From an uncultured Methanosarcinales archaeon (lineage in GTDB: Archaea > Nanobdellota > Nanobdellia > Woesearchaeales > SKGA01), in the NCBI GenBank assembly GCA_964430665.1, contig CAYSFC010000001.1, forward strand, positions 361 through 64,360: a stretch of 64,000 nucleotides of DNA, written 5' to 3'. The notes beneath the pieces are model-generated. The model saw only the letters and a program-made list of their open reading frames with translations. It had not been told where the DNA came from and searched no databases. The position numbers were made by a program, and so were the translations under genes. Positions 29,068-38,650 of this stretch are shown here, in pieces. Position 1 is the first letter of the stretch. Each line of letters opens with the position of its first letter.

Positions 29068-30926
29068 TTTTTATTGAAAAATTCTTTTATTTTATCAACA
29101 TAATAATCTACACTAATTTTTATTTTCCAAGTTTTTGGAAAACACCTATAATAATTATTCCAAGTATATCTTTCATCTAAAAATATAATTACTCCTTTAT
29201 CGCTTTCACTTCTAATACATCTTCCAGCACTCTGTATAACTTTGTTGAATGCAGGAAATAAATAACCGTAATCCCAACCTTTGTTGAATTTTTTATCATA
29301 ATATTCTATTAAGGATTTTGTTTCTAAATCAGGTTTAGTTAAAGGTAAACCCACTATTACTACTGTTTTTAATTCGTCACCAGGTAGATCTATACCTTCT
29401 CCAAAAGAACCAGATATTGCTGCAAGCAGAGTTGCGCCAGTTTTTTTATATTCTTTAAATTTTTGTATGACTTCTTCTTTTTCGTCACGACTCATTTCAG
29501 AACTTTCTTGGAAAACTGTTTTTTCAACACCAACCATATGTTCATATATTTGATCTCTTAAATAGTATGAAGGAAAAAATATTGCAGAATTCCCAGGTGT
29601 TATGTTAATTACATCAACTAGTACTTTAGCTATTTGTTTGAATTGATCTTCACTTCGCGAAGTAAATTTAGTAGAAGTTTTGCCTATAATTAAGTTTAAA
29701 CGATTTTCGTCTGGAAAGGGAGACGGGAAAATTTTCTCTTCGGTTTTGGTTTCATCAAATCCTAATAGTTCTTTGTACATGTCTGTTGGAGTTAAAGTTC
29801 CACTCATCATTATAACTGAGCTAGATTCTTCTAAAACTTCTTTTGAAATAATGCTCGGATCCAAACATCTATAAGATAAAATTATGTTATCTTCTCTATG
29901 TCCTTTTTTTCTTGAAATAATGCGTGTAAATCCGTCATCCGATCCTAACCAATAATCTAAGAAAAATCCTATTGCACCAATATATGATTGTTGTTTATCT
30001 TCTCTAATTACATCTGCATTATCATAACATATATCTATTAATTCTTTATATGGGTATATTGCTTCAATCAATTCTACGAATTTTTCTTTCTCCACATATT
30101 TTTCTTCTTCATTTCCTAAAAGTAATCTTAAAAGTTGAGGTATGTTTGAAAATATTTCTTCTAAATCAGATAAACCATATTTTTTAGCTTCATTTGCAGC
30201 ACGAGATAACATTATTGTTGATAGTGATTCTGAAGACAAATCTTTTATTCTGTCATGTAAATTATGTGCTTCATCTACTATGATGATACAATCCTCTAGT
30301 TTTTTATTAATTTTTTTTAAGAATTTATTTCTTATACTTGGATTAAACATATAATAATAATCAGTTATAATTATATGTGAGCGTTTAGCCATGTTTTGAG
30401 CTAGTTCGTAAGGGCACAATTTATATTCTCTACCTGTATCAATTAATTTAGTTACATATGCAGGACTTACTTTACTTAATTCATCAAGTGCTTCTTTTGC
30501 AATAACAGACAATTTTTCACCATTTTTCATTGCTTCAAAAAAAGGACATTGACCATCTTCTCTTAAAGCTCTACAATATTCGCCAAATTCATTATTTTTT
30601 AAAAGCTGAACTCCTGGTTGTATACACATCCATTTTTTTCCTATAAAATCTGTTGCTTGAATAGGAATGTTAAATTTATCTTTTATTTGTTTAACAGTAT
30701 CTAATGCAATTTTATGTTGTGTATTTCTAGACGTGAGGAAGAATATTGTTTTGTTTTGATCTAGTGCTTCTTTAATTATAGGAGATATACTTGCTGCAGT
30801 TTTACCTAAACCAGTTGGAGCATGTATTATAGCATTTTTTTTAGACTTTACACAAGATTGAACAAGATTAACCATTTCTTCTTGAATTTCTCGCATTTCG
30901 TCATGTGGAAAAAGAACATCATCCAT
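29064..30926 (-). CDS. Rad3/XPD (DinG)-family ATP-dependent DNA helicase with FeS domain
   Basis: motif I HAPTGLGKT, DEAH-like VDEAHN, four Cys in the FeS insertion, motif VI QSAGRCIRSESDKGVIIFLDERY. Confidence 0.75.
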   Translation of the reverse strand: MDDVLFPHDEMREIQEEMVNLVQSCVKSKKNAIIHAPTGLGKTAASISPIIKEALDQNKTIFFLTSRNTQHKIALDTVKQIKDKFNIPIQATDFIGKKWMCIQPGVQLLKNNEFGEYCRALREDGQCPFFEAMKNGEKLSVIAKEALDELSKVSPAYVTKLIDTGREYKLCPYELAQNMAKRSHIIITDYYYMFNPSIRNKFLKKINKKLEDCIIIVDEAHNLHDRIKDLSSESLSTIMLSRAANEAKKYGLSDLEEIFSNIPQLLRLLLGNEEEKYVEKEKFVELIEAIYPYKELIDICYDNADVIREDKQQSYIGAIGFFLDYWLGSDDGFTRIISRKKGHREDNIILSYRCLDPSIISKEVLEESSSVIMMSGTLTPTDMYKELLGFDETKTEEKIFPSPFPDENRLNLIIGKTSTKFTSRSEDQFKQIAKVLVDVINITPGNSAIFFPSYYLRDQIYEHMVGVEKTVFQESSEMSRDEKEEVIQKFKEYKKTGATLLAAISGSFGEGIDLPGDELKTVVIVGLPLTKPDLETKSLIEYYDKKFNKGWDYGYLFPAFNKVIQSAGRCIRSESDKGVIIFLDERYTWNNYYRCFPKTWKIKISVDYYVDKIKEFFNKN

Positions 30927-30979
30927 AATTTAAAGAAAAGAGAACTGCTTTTAAATCTTCTGTGTATGTGACCAGTGAT

Positions 30980-31657
30980 TTATTTTTTTATTTTCTTCTT
31001 TGTATCAAAAATATGTTTTTTTACAAGATATTTTCCTTTTTCAAAAATATTTCTACCTTCTTCTGGCCAAGTTTTAACAGATTCTTCAACAATTTTAGAA
31101 TAATCTTTTTTTAACTTATCAGGATTTGATTTATTGTTACCATATTTATCAAAATACATAACTGTATCAATTTCTTCTACTAATTTATCGTCAGGTTTGC
31201 CTCTAGGATAACCTATAGGAATGACAACTTCAACACGAGCATCACCCACACCAAAATAATCATCTATTTTTTGTTGATCAAAACCACTTACCCAACAAGC
31301 TCCTAAACCTAGCGCATGAGCACCTAATAAAATATTTTGTGCTGCTGCAGAAGCATTTTGTACAGCATATATGTGATCTCCTTTAGGACCATAAAGCTCT
31401 CGTTGTTTCTTAGGTTGGGAACAAACAACAATAACTCCTGTTGCTTTAGCAATCCATCCTTGTTCCATGCAAAGTTCAGCCACTTTATTTAAAACGTTTT
31501 GTTCGCGAGATACAATGAATCTAAAATCTTGGAGATTTCCTGAAGTTGGTGCATGTAATCCACACTCAACTAATAAATATAAATCATCTTCATCTACAAC
31601 TCTATCGCTGTAATTTCTGAAAGTTCTTCTTGACATTATGCATTTGAATATGTCCAT
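30980..31657 (-). CDS. nitroreductase-family flavoprotein
   Basis: RRTFRNY N-terminal motif and nitroreductase fold pattern. Confidence 0.75.
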   Translation of the reverse strand: MDIFKCIMSRRTFRNYSDRVVDEDDLYLLVECGLHAPTSGNLQDFRFIVSREQNVLNKVAELCMEQGWIAKATGVIVVCSQPKKQRELYGPKGDHIYAVQNASAAAQNILLGAHALGLGACWVSGFDQQKIDDYFGVGDARVEVVIPIGYPRGKPDDKLVEEIDTVMYFDKYGNNKSNPDKLKKDYSKIVEESVKTWPEEGRNIFEKGKYLVKKHIFDTKKKIKK

Positions 31658-31681
31658 TTTTACCTCAATCTAATATACTTA

Positions 31682-32068
31682 TTAATTATTTTGTCTTAAT
31701 GAATTTCCACAAGAGGAACAATAATATGCTGTTGCAGGATTTCTTGCACCACACCTATTACAATAAATACTTGGATTAATTGTGTTTGGCTTTGGTTTGT
31801 TACGACTATTTATTTTTCTTTCCATATAATCTATATCATCAATACCTGCTAGCTGTTGAGCAACCTTTTTTTCTTTCTTAGAAAGAGATTGCATAGCCCA
31901 TTTAACCAAACCTATTATTATGAATATTAAGCCCACATAAATAAACAAAGTCATTGCATTTTGGTTAACATACTCTCCGGAGTTTTTAATAAAGGCCGCA
32001 TAAGCTGAAATTAAGAAGCCCGTTATAAAAAATAACCAATATGGTAAAGGTCTACTATGTTGTTCCAT
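31682..32068 (-). CDS. two-TM membrane protein with C-terminal zinc ribbon
   Basis: CNRCG...CSSCG. Confidence 0.35.
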   Translation of the reverse strand: MEQHSRPLPYWLFFITGFLISAYAAFIKNSGEYVNQNAMTLFIYVGLIFIIIGLVKWAMQSLSKKEKKVAQQLAGIDDIDYMERKINSRNKPKPNTINPSIYCNRCGARNPATAYYCSSCGNSLRQNN

Positions 32069-32188
32069 AAGGAGAATTGCATTATATTCATTTATAAATG
32101 TTACTTTATGCGTATTTTTTGAATTTAGACCACTATTTAATGACGAAAAGAAGATATATTTATAAATAAATTTGAATTTTCGTCAATT

Positions 32189-33349
32189 ATGGGAGAATTT
32201 ATTTTAGGTCACAATCAAAAAAGAATCAATAATCTGAAAATTCCTGCTTTAGATACAATTTTAGAAAAATATGATTTATTTAAACAAGAAAGTATAGTTA
32301 TGAGTAAAGTTTTAGTAGAAATATACCTTAGCAACTTTTCGAATGCATTTTATTCTGAAGAATTGTTTGCAAAATTCTTTCATAGAAATCCTGAAACGAT
32401 AAAAAATAATAGTCTATTTGTTGTAGAAAATTTATTGAAAGATTCTTTTTCGAAAATAGATTTGAATCCTTCAGTGGTGGAAAGAATTAAAGAGTTTCAT
32501 TCTGAAGAAGAAAAAACAATTTTAGAATATTATTCTGAGAATGTTTATGAGACATCAAAAACTAAAAAATATTTTAGAAGAAAGGATAATGCTGAAAAAT
32601 ACCAAATGGGAGAAATGATTAATTTCAACGAATATAAAAAAGTCTTAGATATTAGCACTAAGACTATAAATTCTAGAATGAATCCAAAATTAGATGAAAA
32701 GGTAATGAGATATATTTTAAAGAAATTATTTCCAAATCATGGCGTAATGACTGAAGATAAGTTGGAACCATATATTTATGAAAAAGATAGAGATATTAAG
32801 AAATCAATGAATTTTGCATTTTTTGAAAAACCAAACAATCATTATTCTGAAATAAATAAAGAAAAAGTTATTTTAAAAGTATGGCCAATATGGAAAAGCG
32901 GAAAATTATGGACAAATACTCGTAAGAAAAATGAAGAAAAATATTCTTTATTGACTGAAGTAATTTCTAGTTCAGATATAAAAGCGATTTTTGGAAATAC
33001 ATATCCGCAAGATATAACCCCTATGTATATAATTGATGTTCTGAAAAAGAATACAAATGATTTTGGCGTGTGTGATACTGAAGAAAAAGCTAAGCAAATG
33101 ACTCAAGCAATAAATAGAAAAGTTATAAATGATCTTGAAGTTAAAATATATTTAACAGGTAGGGGCGCTAAGAAAAATTTTGATTTATTTCACGAACATT
33201 ATGATAAAACAAACAAAATTAAATTATTAGATTTACATACTAATATAAAAAAATTCAACACATTACCTCCAATTATAAGAAAATACATTCTAGCTAAAAC
33301 TCATAAAGATAGAACACACTTATATGACAAGGCTAAAAGAGGATATTAA
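32189..33349 (+). CDS. hypothetical K/N/E-rich protein
   Basis: ORF only. Confidence 0.3.
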   Translation: MGEFILGHNQKRINNLKIPALDTILEKYDLFKQESIVMSKVLVEIYLSNFSNAFYSEELFAKFFHRNPETIKNNSLFVVENLLKDSFSKIDLNPSVVERIKEFHSEEEKTILEYYSENVYETSKTKKYFRRKDNAEKYQMGEMINFNEYKKVLDISTKTINSRMNPKLDEKVMRYILKKLFPNHGVMTEDKLEPYIYEKDRDIKKSMNFAFFEKPNNHYSEINKEKVILKVWPIWKSGKLWTNTRKKNEEKYSLLTEVISSSDIKAIFGNTYPQDITPMYIIDVLKKNTNDFGVCDTEEKAKQMTQAINRKVINDLEVKIYLTGRGAKKNFDLFHEHYDKTNKIKLLDLHTNIKKFNTLPPIIRKYILAKTHKDRTHLYDKAKRGY

Positions 33350-33387
33350 AGGTTACATTTTTAAATAACTACTTTTTCTCTTAAGAA

Positions 33388-35673
33388 ATGGGATATGAAC
33401 TTATAATTTCTGAGAAACCATCTCAATCAAAAAAAATCGCTGAATCTCTTGCAGATACAAAAGCAACAAAAATATCTGAAAATGGTGTTAATTACTATTC
33501 TTTGACTCATAAAGGCAAGGAAATAATATGTGCAAGTGCTGTAGGACATATTTATTCTCTTGAAGAAAAAAATAAATCATTTACATATCCTTCATTTGAT
33601 ATTGAATGGAAACCTGCTTTTGAAGTAGATAAAAACGCAACACATACTAAAAAATACATTAATGTTCTTAAAAAGCTAGCAAAAAAGGCGGAATCTTTTA
33701 CAATAGCAACGGACTTTGATATTGAAGGAGAAGTTATCGGTCTTAACGCTCTTAGATATGCTTGTGGACAAAAAGAAGCTCAAAGAATGAAATTTTCAAC
33801 ATTAACTAAACCAGATTTAGAAAAAAGTTATGATACTAAATTAAAAACGATTGAGTGGAAACAAGCTGAGGCTGGGGAAACAAGACATTTCCTTGATTGG
33901 ATGTATGGTATGAATATTAGCCGTGCACTTATGATTGCAATTAAAAAAGCAGGAATTTGGAAATCACTTTCAACAGGAAGAGTTCAAGGACCTGCTCTTA
34001 AAATAGTTGTAGATAAAGAAAAAGAAATAAAAAAGTTTATTCCAACTCCTTATTGGCAAATAACATATAAGGGAGTTGTTAAAGGAACACAAGTAGATAG
34101 TTTACATGAAAAAGATAAATTTCTTGTTGAAAAAAAAGCAGAAGAAATTTTCAATAAAATTAAAGGTAAAGACGGAAAAATAAAAAAAATTGATTCAAAT
34201 AAGAAAAAAGTTCCTCCTCCATTTCCTTTTGATCTTACAACACTTCAAACCGAAGCGTACAAATCACTAAGATTTTCTCCGAAAGATTCTTTAGCTATTG
34301 CTCAGGATTTGTATTCAAATGGATGGATTTCTTATCCTAGAACAAGTTCTCAACAATTGCCACCTGAATTAGGTTATGAAAAATTGTTGAAATCTTTATT
34401 AAGATCGAACATTTATAAAGAATTAGCACAAAAAATTCTTTCACAAAAAATTTTGAAACCAAATAACGGCACTAAAAAAGATCCTGCACATCCTGCAATA
34501 TATCCTACAGGAGTATTACCTGATTTAAAAAAGATAAGTGAAAGAGGGTTAAAATTATTTGATTTAATTGTTAGAAGATTCTTAGCTACATTCTCAACAG
34601 AAGCTGAAAGAGAAACAAACAAAATAACGTTTGATGTAGAAGGGGAGAATTTTGAAACTAAAGGAACTAGAACAACAATTGAAGGTTGGTTTGAATTTTA
34701 TGGGAAACACGTAAAATTAGATGATGTAACTTTACCTAAAGTTGAGATAGGTCAAGATGTTAAGTATAAAAAAGCAGAGTTACTAAGTAAGGAAACTTCA
34801 CCTCCTAAAAGATATACTCCTTCATCTTTAATTAAAGAATTAGAAAAAAGAAATCTTGGAACAAAATCGACAAGAGCATCAATAATTGAAACTCTTCATC
34901 AAAGAGATTATGTTGGAGAAAAAACTTTAGAAGCAACGGAAATGGGAATTAAAATAAACGATACTTTGGAAAAATATTGTCCAGATATAGTTAAAGAAGA
35001 CCTAACAAGACATTTTGAAGAAGAAATGGAATTAATTCGTGAGGAAAAAAGTTCTGAGAAGAAAATTTTAGATGAAGCTAAAACTGAACTTATGAAAATA
35101 CTTGAAAAACTAAAGAAACATGAAAAACACATTGGTGAAGAGCTTAAAAATTCTCTTGAAGAGATGCAAGATATTCAAAACCACGTTGGAAAATGTCCTA
35201 TTTGTAAAGAAGGTAATCTTGTAATAAAATATTCTCCTAAAACAAAACAGAAATTCATAGGATGTGATAAATATCCTGAATGTAAAGCAATATATTCTGT
35301 ACCTAAAGCTACAAAAATAGTTGGAACAGATAAAAAGTGCGAGGCGTGTGGATTTCCTCTTATTTCAGTAACTCATGGTGGAAGAACACAACTTATGTGT
35401 TTTAATATAGATTGTCCTAAAAAATTGGACGAACATGATCATGATCCTTCTGTTAAAAAACTATTAACTAAACCATGTCCTAAATGTGGTGAAAAATTAG
35501 TTATGAGAAAAAGTTTCTATGGTGAATTTATAGGTTGTTCAAGTTATCCTAAATGCCACTATATGTGTAAATTAGATGGTGAAGAGATAATTATGAATAA
35601 GAAAAAGACTAAAAAAACAATTAAAACAGTTAAGAAAACTTCTAAGAAGACGAGTAAAAAGAAACAAGTCTAA
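33388..35673 (+). CDS. topA: DNA topoisomerase I (type IA) with C-terminal zinc ribbons
   Basis: Toprim (EKPSQ...DFDIEGE), catalytic Tyr region, three CxxC-type Zn ribbons, basic tail. Confidence 0.85.
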   Translation: MGYELIISEKPSQSKKIAESLADTKATKISENGVNYYSLTHKGKEIICASAVGHIYSLEEKNKSFTYPSFDIEWKPAFEVDKNATHTKKYINVLKKLAKKAESFTIATDFDIEGEVIGLNALRYACGQKEAQRMKFSTLTKPDLEKSYDTKLKTIEWKQAEAGETRHFLDWMYGMNISRALMIAIKKAGIWKSLSTGRVQGPALKIVVDKEKEIKKFIPTPYWQITYKGVVKGTQVDSLHEKDKFLVEKKAEEIFNKIKGKDGKIKKIDSNKKKVPPPFPFDLTTLQTEAYKSLRFSPKDSLAIAQDLYSNGWISYPRTSSQQLPPELGYEKLLKSLLRSNIYKELAQKILSQKILKPNNGTKKDPAHPAIYPTGVLPDLKKISERGLKLFDLIVRRFLATFSTEAERETNKITFDVEGENFETKGTRTTIEGWFEFYGKHVKLDDVTLPKVEIGQDVKYKKAELLSKETSPPKRYTPSSLIKELEKRNLGTKSTRASIIETLHQRDYVGEKTLEATEMGIKINDTLEKYCPDIVKEDLTRHFEEEMELIREEKSSEKKILDEAKTELMKILEKLKKHEKHIGEELKNSLEEMQDIQNHVGKCPICKEGNLVIKYSPKTKQKFIGCDKYPECKAIYSVPKATKIVGTDKKCEACGFPLISVTHGGRTQLMCFNIDCPKKLDEHDHDPSVKKLLTKPCPKCGEKLVMRKSFYGEFIGCSSYPKCHYMCKLDGEEIIMNKKKTKKTIKTVKKTSKKTSKKKQV

Positions 35674-35762
35674 AAATTTATAATCTGTGTAGAAATAAAC
35701 CCTAGTAAACGAATTCCGAAGAATTCATTCACTATAAAATTAAATTCAAAAAAATTAAGAAA

Positions 35763-36170
35763 TTACTTTTTCTTTTTAACTACTCTTTTTTTAGTAGTTT
35801 TCTTTTTAGCTGGAGCTTTTTTTACTGCTTTTTTCTTTACTGCTTTCTTTTTAGCTGGAGCTTTTTTCACTGCTTTCTTAACAGTTTTTTTCTTAACAGC
35901 TTTTTTCTTTTTAGCTGGAGCTTTTTTTACTGCTTTTTTCTTTACTACTTTTTTCTTAACAGCTTTCTTCTTAACAGCTTTCTTTTTTACTGCTTTCTTT
36001 TTAGCTGGAGCTTTTTTTACTGCTTTTTTCTTTACTGCTTTCTTTTTAGCTGGAGCTTTTTTCACTGCTTTCTTAACTGCTTTTTTCTTTACTACTTTTT
36101 TTACAACTTTTTTCTTAGTAGGTTTTTTCTTTGCTACCATGAATACACACCTCGTGTAGTTTTTAACCAT
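35763..36170 (-). CDS. lysine/alanine-rich KA-repeat protein (histone H1-like / AlgP-like tail), probable DNA-binding
   Basis: about 20 consecutive (K/A/V)KKAVKK-type repeats; underlying DNA is tandemly repeated. Confidence 0.5.
   Translation of the reverse strand: MVKNYTRCVFMVAKKKPTKKKVVKKVVKKKAVKKAVKKAPAKKKAVKKKAVKKAPAKKKAVKKKAVKKKAVKKKVVKKKAVKKAPAKKKKAVKKKTVKKAVKKAPAKKKAVKKKAVKKAPAKKKTTKKRVVKKKK
35790..36120. repeat. coding tandem DNA repeats (units ~21-60 bp) underlying the KA-repeat protein
   Basis: repeated gctggagctttttttactgcttttttctttact blocks seen directly. Confidence 0.55.
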
Positions 36171-36325
36171 ATGTAAAATATAGTTAATAAGGTTTATTCA
36201 GAAAAACTAGTATTTAAAGGTTTTTGTTTTAGAGCAAAAAATTAACAAATATTTAGTGTTTTATAAATTTTTTACAAAATTAAAAAAAATTTTATTAAAA
36301 TTTTAATAGAAAAAAATTAAAAAAA

Positions 36326-36625
36326 TTATTCACAATCAATCGCACAATTTTCAATTGTTTCTTCACAAATGCAATTTGCATTTATACATTGATCATCATT
36401 ACAAATAGAATCTCCGCATTTATTTAGACAACCATCCATAGTAATCTCATCGAATGGAAGTTCTTCTAGACTTTGTACAAATTCACTTGTTTCAACGTCT
36501 GTGTCAGTTGTTTGAGTTAATTGATTTTCAGAAGAATTCACTGAAATCACTTCATTGCTTGAACAAGCAGTAGCAAATATTGCTAAAACAAAAACAAATG
36601 TTAAAATTAATAATTTGAAATCCAT
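36326..36625 (-). CDS. small secreted Cys-rich protein (signal peptide; about 10 Cys in C-terminal 40 aa)
   Basis: MDFKLLILTFVFVLAIFATAC signal/lipobox-like; C-terminal CxxxC / CxC cluster. Confidence 0.35.
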   Translation of the reverse strand: MDFKLLILTFVFVLAIFATACSSNEVISVNSSENQLTQTTDTDVETSEFVQSLEELPFDEITMDGCLNKCGDSICNDDQCINANCICEETIENCAIDCE

Positions 36626-36759
36626 TTTATTTACCTCTGTCTCACAACAATGAAATTGTGATGGAGTATATAAAAATTTTGATTGGTTAGATAATAATGA
36701 CTAAAAAGTTTACCAAAAAAATTAATTTAAATATAATTTGCTTAAAAATTATAAACAAA

Positions 36760-38361
36760 TTAGATTTGCTTAATAAATTCTTCAACTTTTTCGAGAATTA
36801 TTTTTTTTGCAGCAGGAATAAACTTAATACTTCCTGCAACATCATGACCGCCTCCAGAAATTCTAGCAAAGGAAACATTTTCTTTCAGGAATTGGACTAA
36901 TTTATTACCATCAAAACATTTTTCAGATTGGTAAACTCTATATACAATCATTGAATCACTATATGCTAAAGTAATAAATTTATTTGTAGTTGTTTCATGC
37001 TTATTATGAACAAATCCAGTAATCTTACCAATTGAGAAAAAATCGTTCCAAAGAGTTAATTTATCTGCATCTAATAGAATTATTTGGAATTTACCCCAAG
37101 ATTTTTCTTCTTTAAACTTTTCGGTTGCTAAAAATAATTCTTTTTGTGTTTCTTCCAAGTAATTTTCATATAAATTTACCAAATCTTTTTGTTTCTGAGA
37201 TGGTTTTTTCAATAAATCTTTTATTGGCAACTCACCATAAGCATATTTGGTGAAAAATACTTCAAGATTTACCATATTTCCTAATTTTTGTAAATAATCT
37301 AAAGGTTCATTGGAAAGTTGAACGAATTTTTCAAAAGGTTCTCCTTGACATTTATCTGCAACAGCACCTAAGGTTGCAGAGAAAACATCGTGATGAACTT
37401 CTTCAGTTAAATAATAAGCCAATCTAAAAGATAACATTGATGTGGAGAATTCTTTAGAAAGACCTACTAAATGAGGGTTTGAATGAGCTAATACTAATTC
37501 ACAAGTTTGAGATTTACCGTGTTCATCTAATTTTCCAGGATCGTGATGATCTACGACGACAAAGTCCGCTCCAAATATTTTTGCTTTTTTTATGGCTAAG
37601 ATATCTTCACATGTACTTCCATTATCAATTATTATTATTAGAGGAGTTTTGTTTTCAACTCTATCTAAATTTGATTGAAAAAAAGAAATATCTTTTGTAG
37701 CATCACTTATTTCATAATAAGGTGTTTTAGAAGCATTTCTGGTATAATAATTGTGTATAAATTTTAAATCTGGTTGTCTTTGTTTTATTTTATATAAAAT
37801 TGCATTTTCCAAAATATATGCACTTGCATAACCATCACAATCAGCATGATGGGACAATATTATGGGTCTTTTTTGATTTATTGCATTTAATATTTCATCA
37901 GAAACTTTTTTTAAGGAAGGTTCTAATTTTCTCCAATCTTGATGTTCAAATATATCGTTTTTATTTAAGTTTTTAACTTTTTCTATTACATTTTCTTGAA
38001 TATTTTTTTCTACTTTCTTTACATCTACTATTTGACCTTGTAATCTTCCTTCATACATTGTTTTTTTGAAAGAAAATGTAACTACACAACCTTGTTCTAT
38101 TTCAGGATATGCGCTCTGACCAGGTAAGTATTTGACTAACTGAAGTGTTTGATTTCCATCATCAACAGTAAATATAGTAACATTCTGTAATCTTACAACT
38201 TGACTAACTTTAGCTTTTAATGTATAAATAACATTTTCATCTTTATCATCCAATATATCTTTTATTTTTAACATTTCTTTGAATTTCATTTTAACCTTCT
38301 TTACATTATGTACACGAGTATTTAAATTTTTGTAAATGTTTTTCGGAATTAGTTTTTCCAA
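36760..38361 (-). CDS. DHH/DHHA1-family phosphoesterase with N-terminal OB-fold-like region (RecJ-like nuclease or nanoRNase candidate)
   Basis: DHH motif VVVDHHD, DHHA1 GGGH motif (ARISGGGHDVAG). Confidence 0.7.
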   Translation of the reverse strand: MEKLIPKNIYKNLNTRVHNVKKVKMKFKEMLKIKDILDDKDENVIYTLKAKVSQVVRLQNVTIFTVDDGNQTLQLVKYLPGQSAYPEIEQGCVVTFSFKKTMYEGRLQGQIVDVKKVEKNIQENVIEKVKNLNKNDIFEHQDWRKLEPSLKKVSDEILNAINQKRPIILSHHADCDGYASAYILENAILYKIKQRQPDLKFIHNYYTRNASKTPYYEISDATKDISFFQSNLDRVENKTPLIIIIDNGSTCEDILAIKKAKIFGADFVVVDHHDPGKLDEHGKSQTCELVLAHSNPHLVGLSKEFSTSMLSFRLAYYLTEEVHHDVFSATLGAVADKCQGEPFEKFVQLSNEPLDYLQKLGNMVNLEVFFTKYAYGELPIKDLLKKPSQKQKDLVNLYENYLEETQKELFLATEKFKEEKSWGKFQIILLDADKLTLWNDFFSIGKITGFVHNKHETTTNKFITLAYSDSMIVYRVYQSEKCFDGNKLVQFLKENVSFARISGGGHDVAGSIKFIPAAKKIILEKVEEFIKQI

Positions 38362-38612
38362 GAAGAATGACCAAAATGAATTATTAGATCTATGCCTAAT
38401 TTTTCAACGTCTGAAGGTATATCGCAAGCTCCAAAATTACTTCCAGCCCAAATCCATACTTCAACATCAATTTTACTTTCTATATCTTCTTTTAAGTTTT
38501 GGGCGAGAGGCTTTAAACCATCAGGTAATTGAATTAAGACATTTTTAGAACTATTTAGTTTAATTGTGTCGATAACTTTATCTAATTCAAAATTATAATC
38601 TTTGTAATTCAT
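38349..38612 (-). pseudogene. dph2: truncated diphthamide synthesis protein Dph2 (N-terminal 87 aa only)
   Basis: VLIQLPDGLKPLA...GSNFGACDIPSDVEKLGIDLIIHFGHSS matches the Dph2 N-terminal domain; in-frame stop after 87 aa; downstream space is taken by the DHH gene in another frame. Confidence 0.55.
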
Positions 38613-38650
38613 TTTAAATAAAAAAATAAGGGAAATTAATCCCTTTCAAA

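Noticed and set aside
35790-36120. Regular short repeats that could be mistaken for a CRISPR array
   Set aside because: The repeats are in-frame coding repeats of the KA-rich protein, with no unique spacers of constant length and no cas genes. No CRISPR array is present anywhere in the window.
38349-38361. Idea that the Dph2 stub and the DHH ORF are one gene broken by a frameshift
   Set aside because: The downstream protein is unambiguously DHH/DHHA1 family throughout and bears no Dph2 similarity. The two frames encode unrelated folds.
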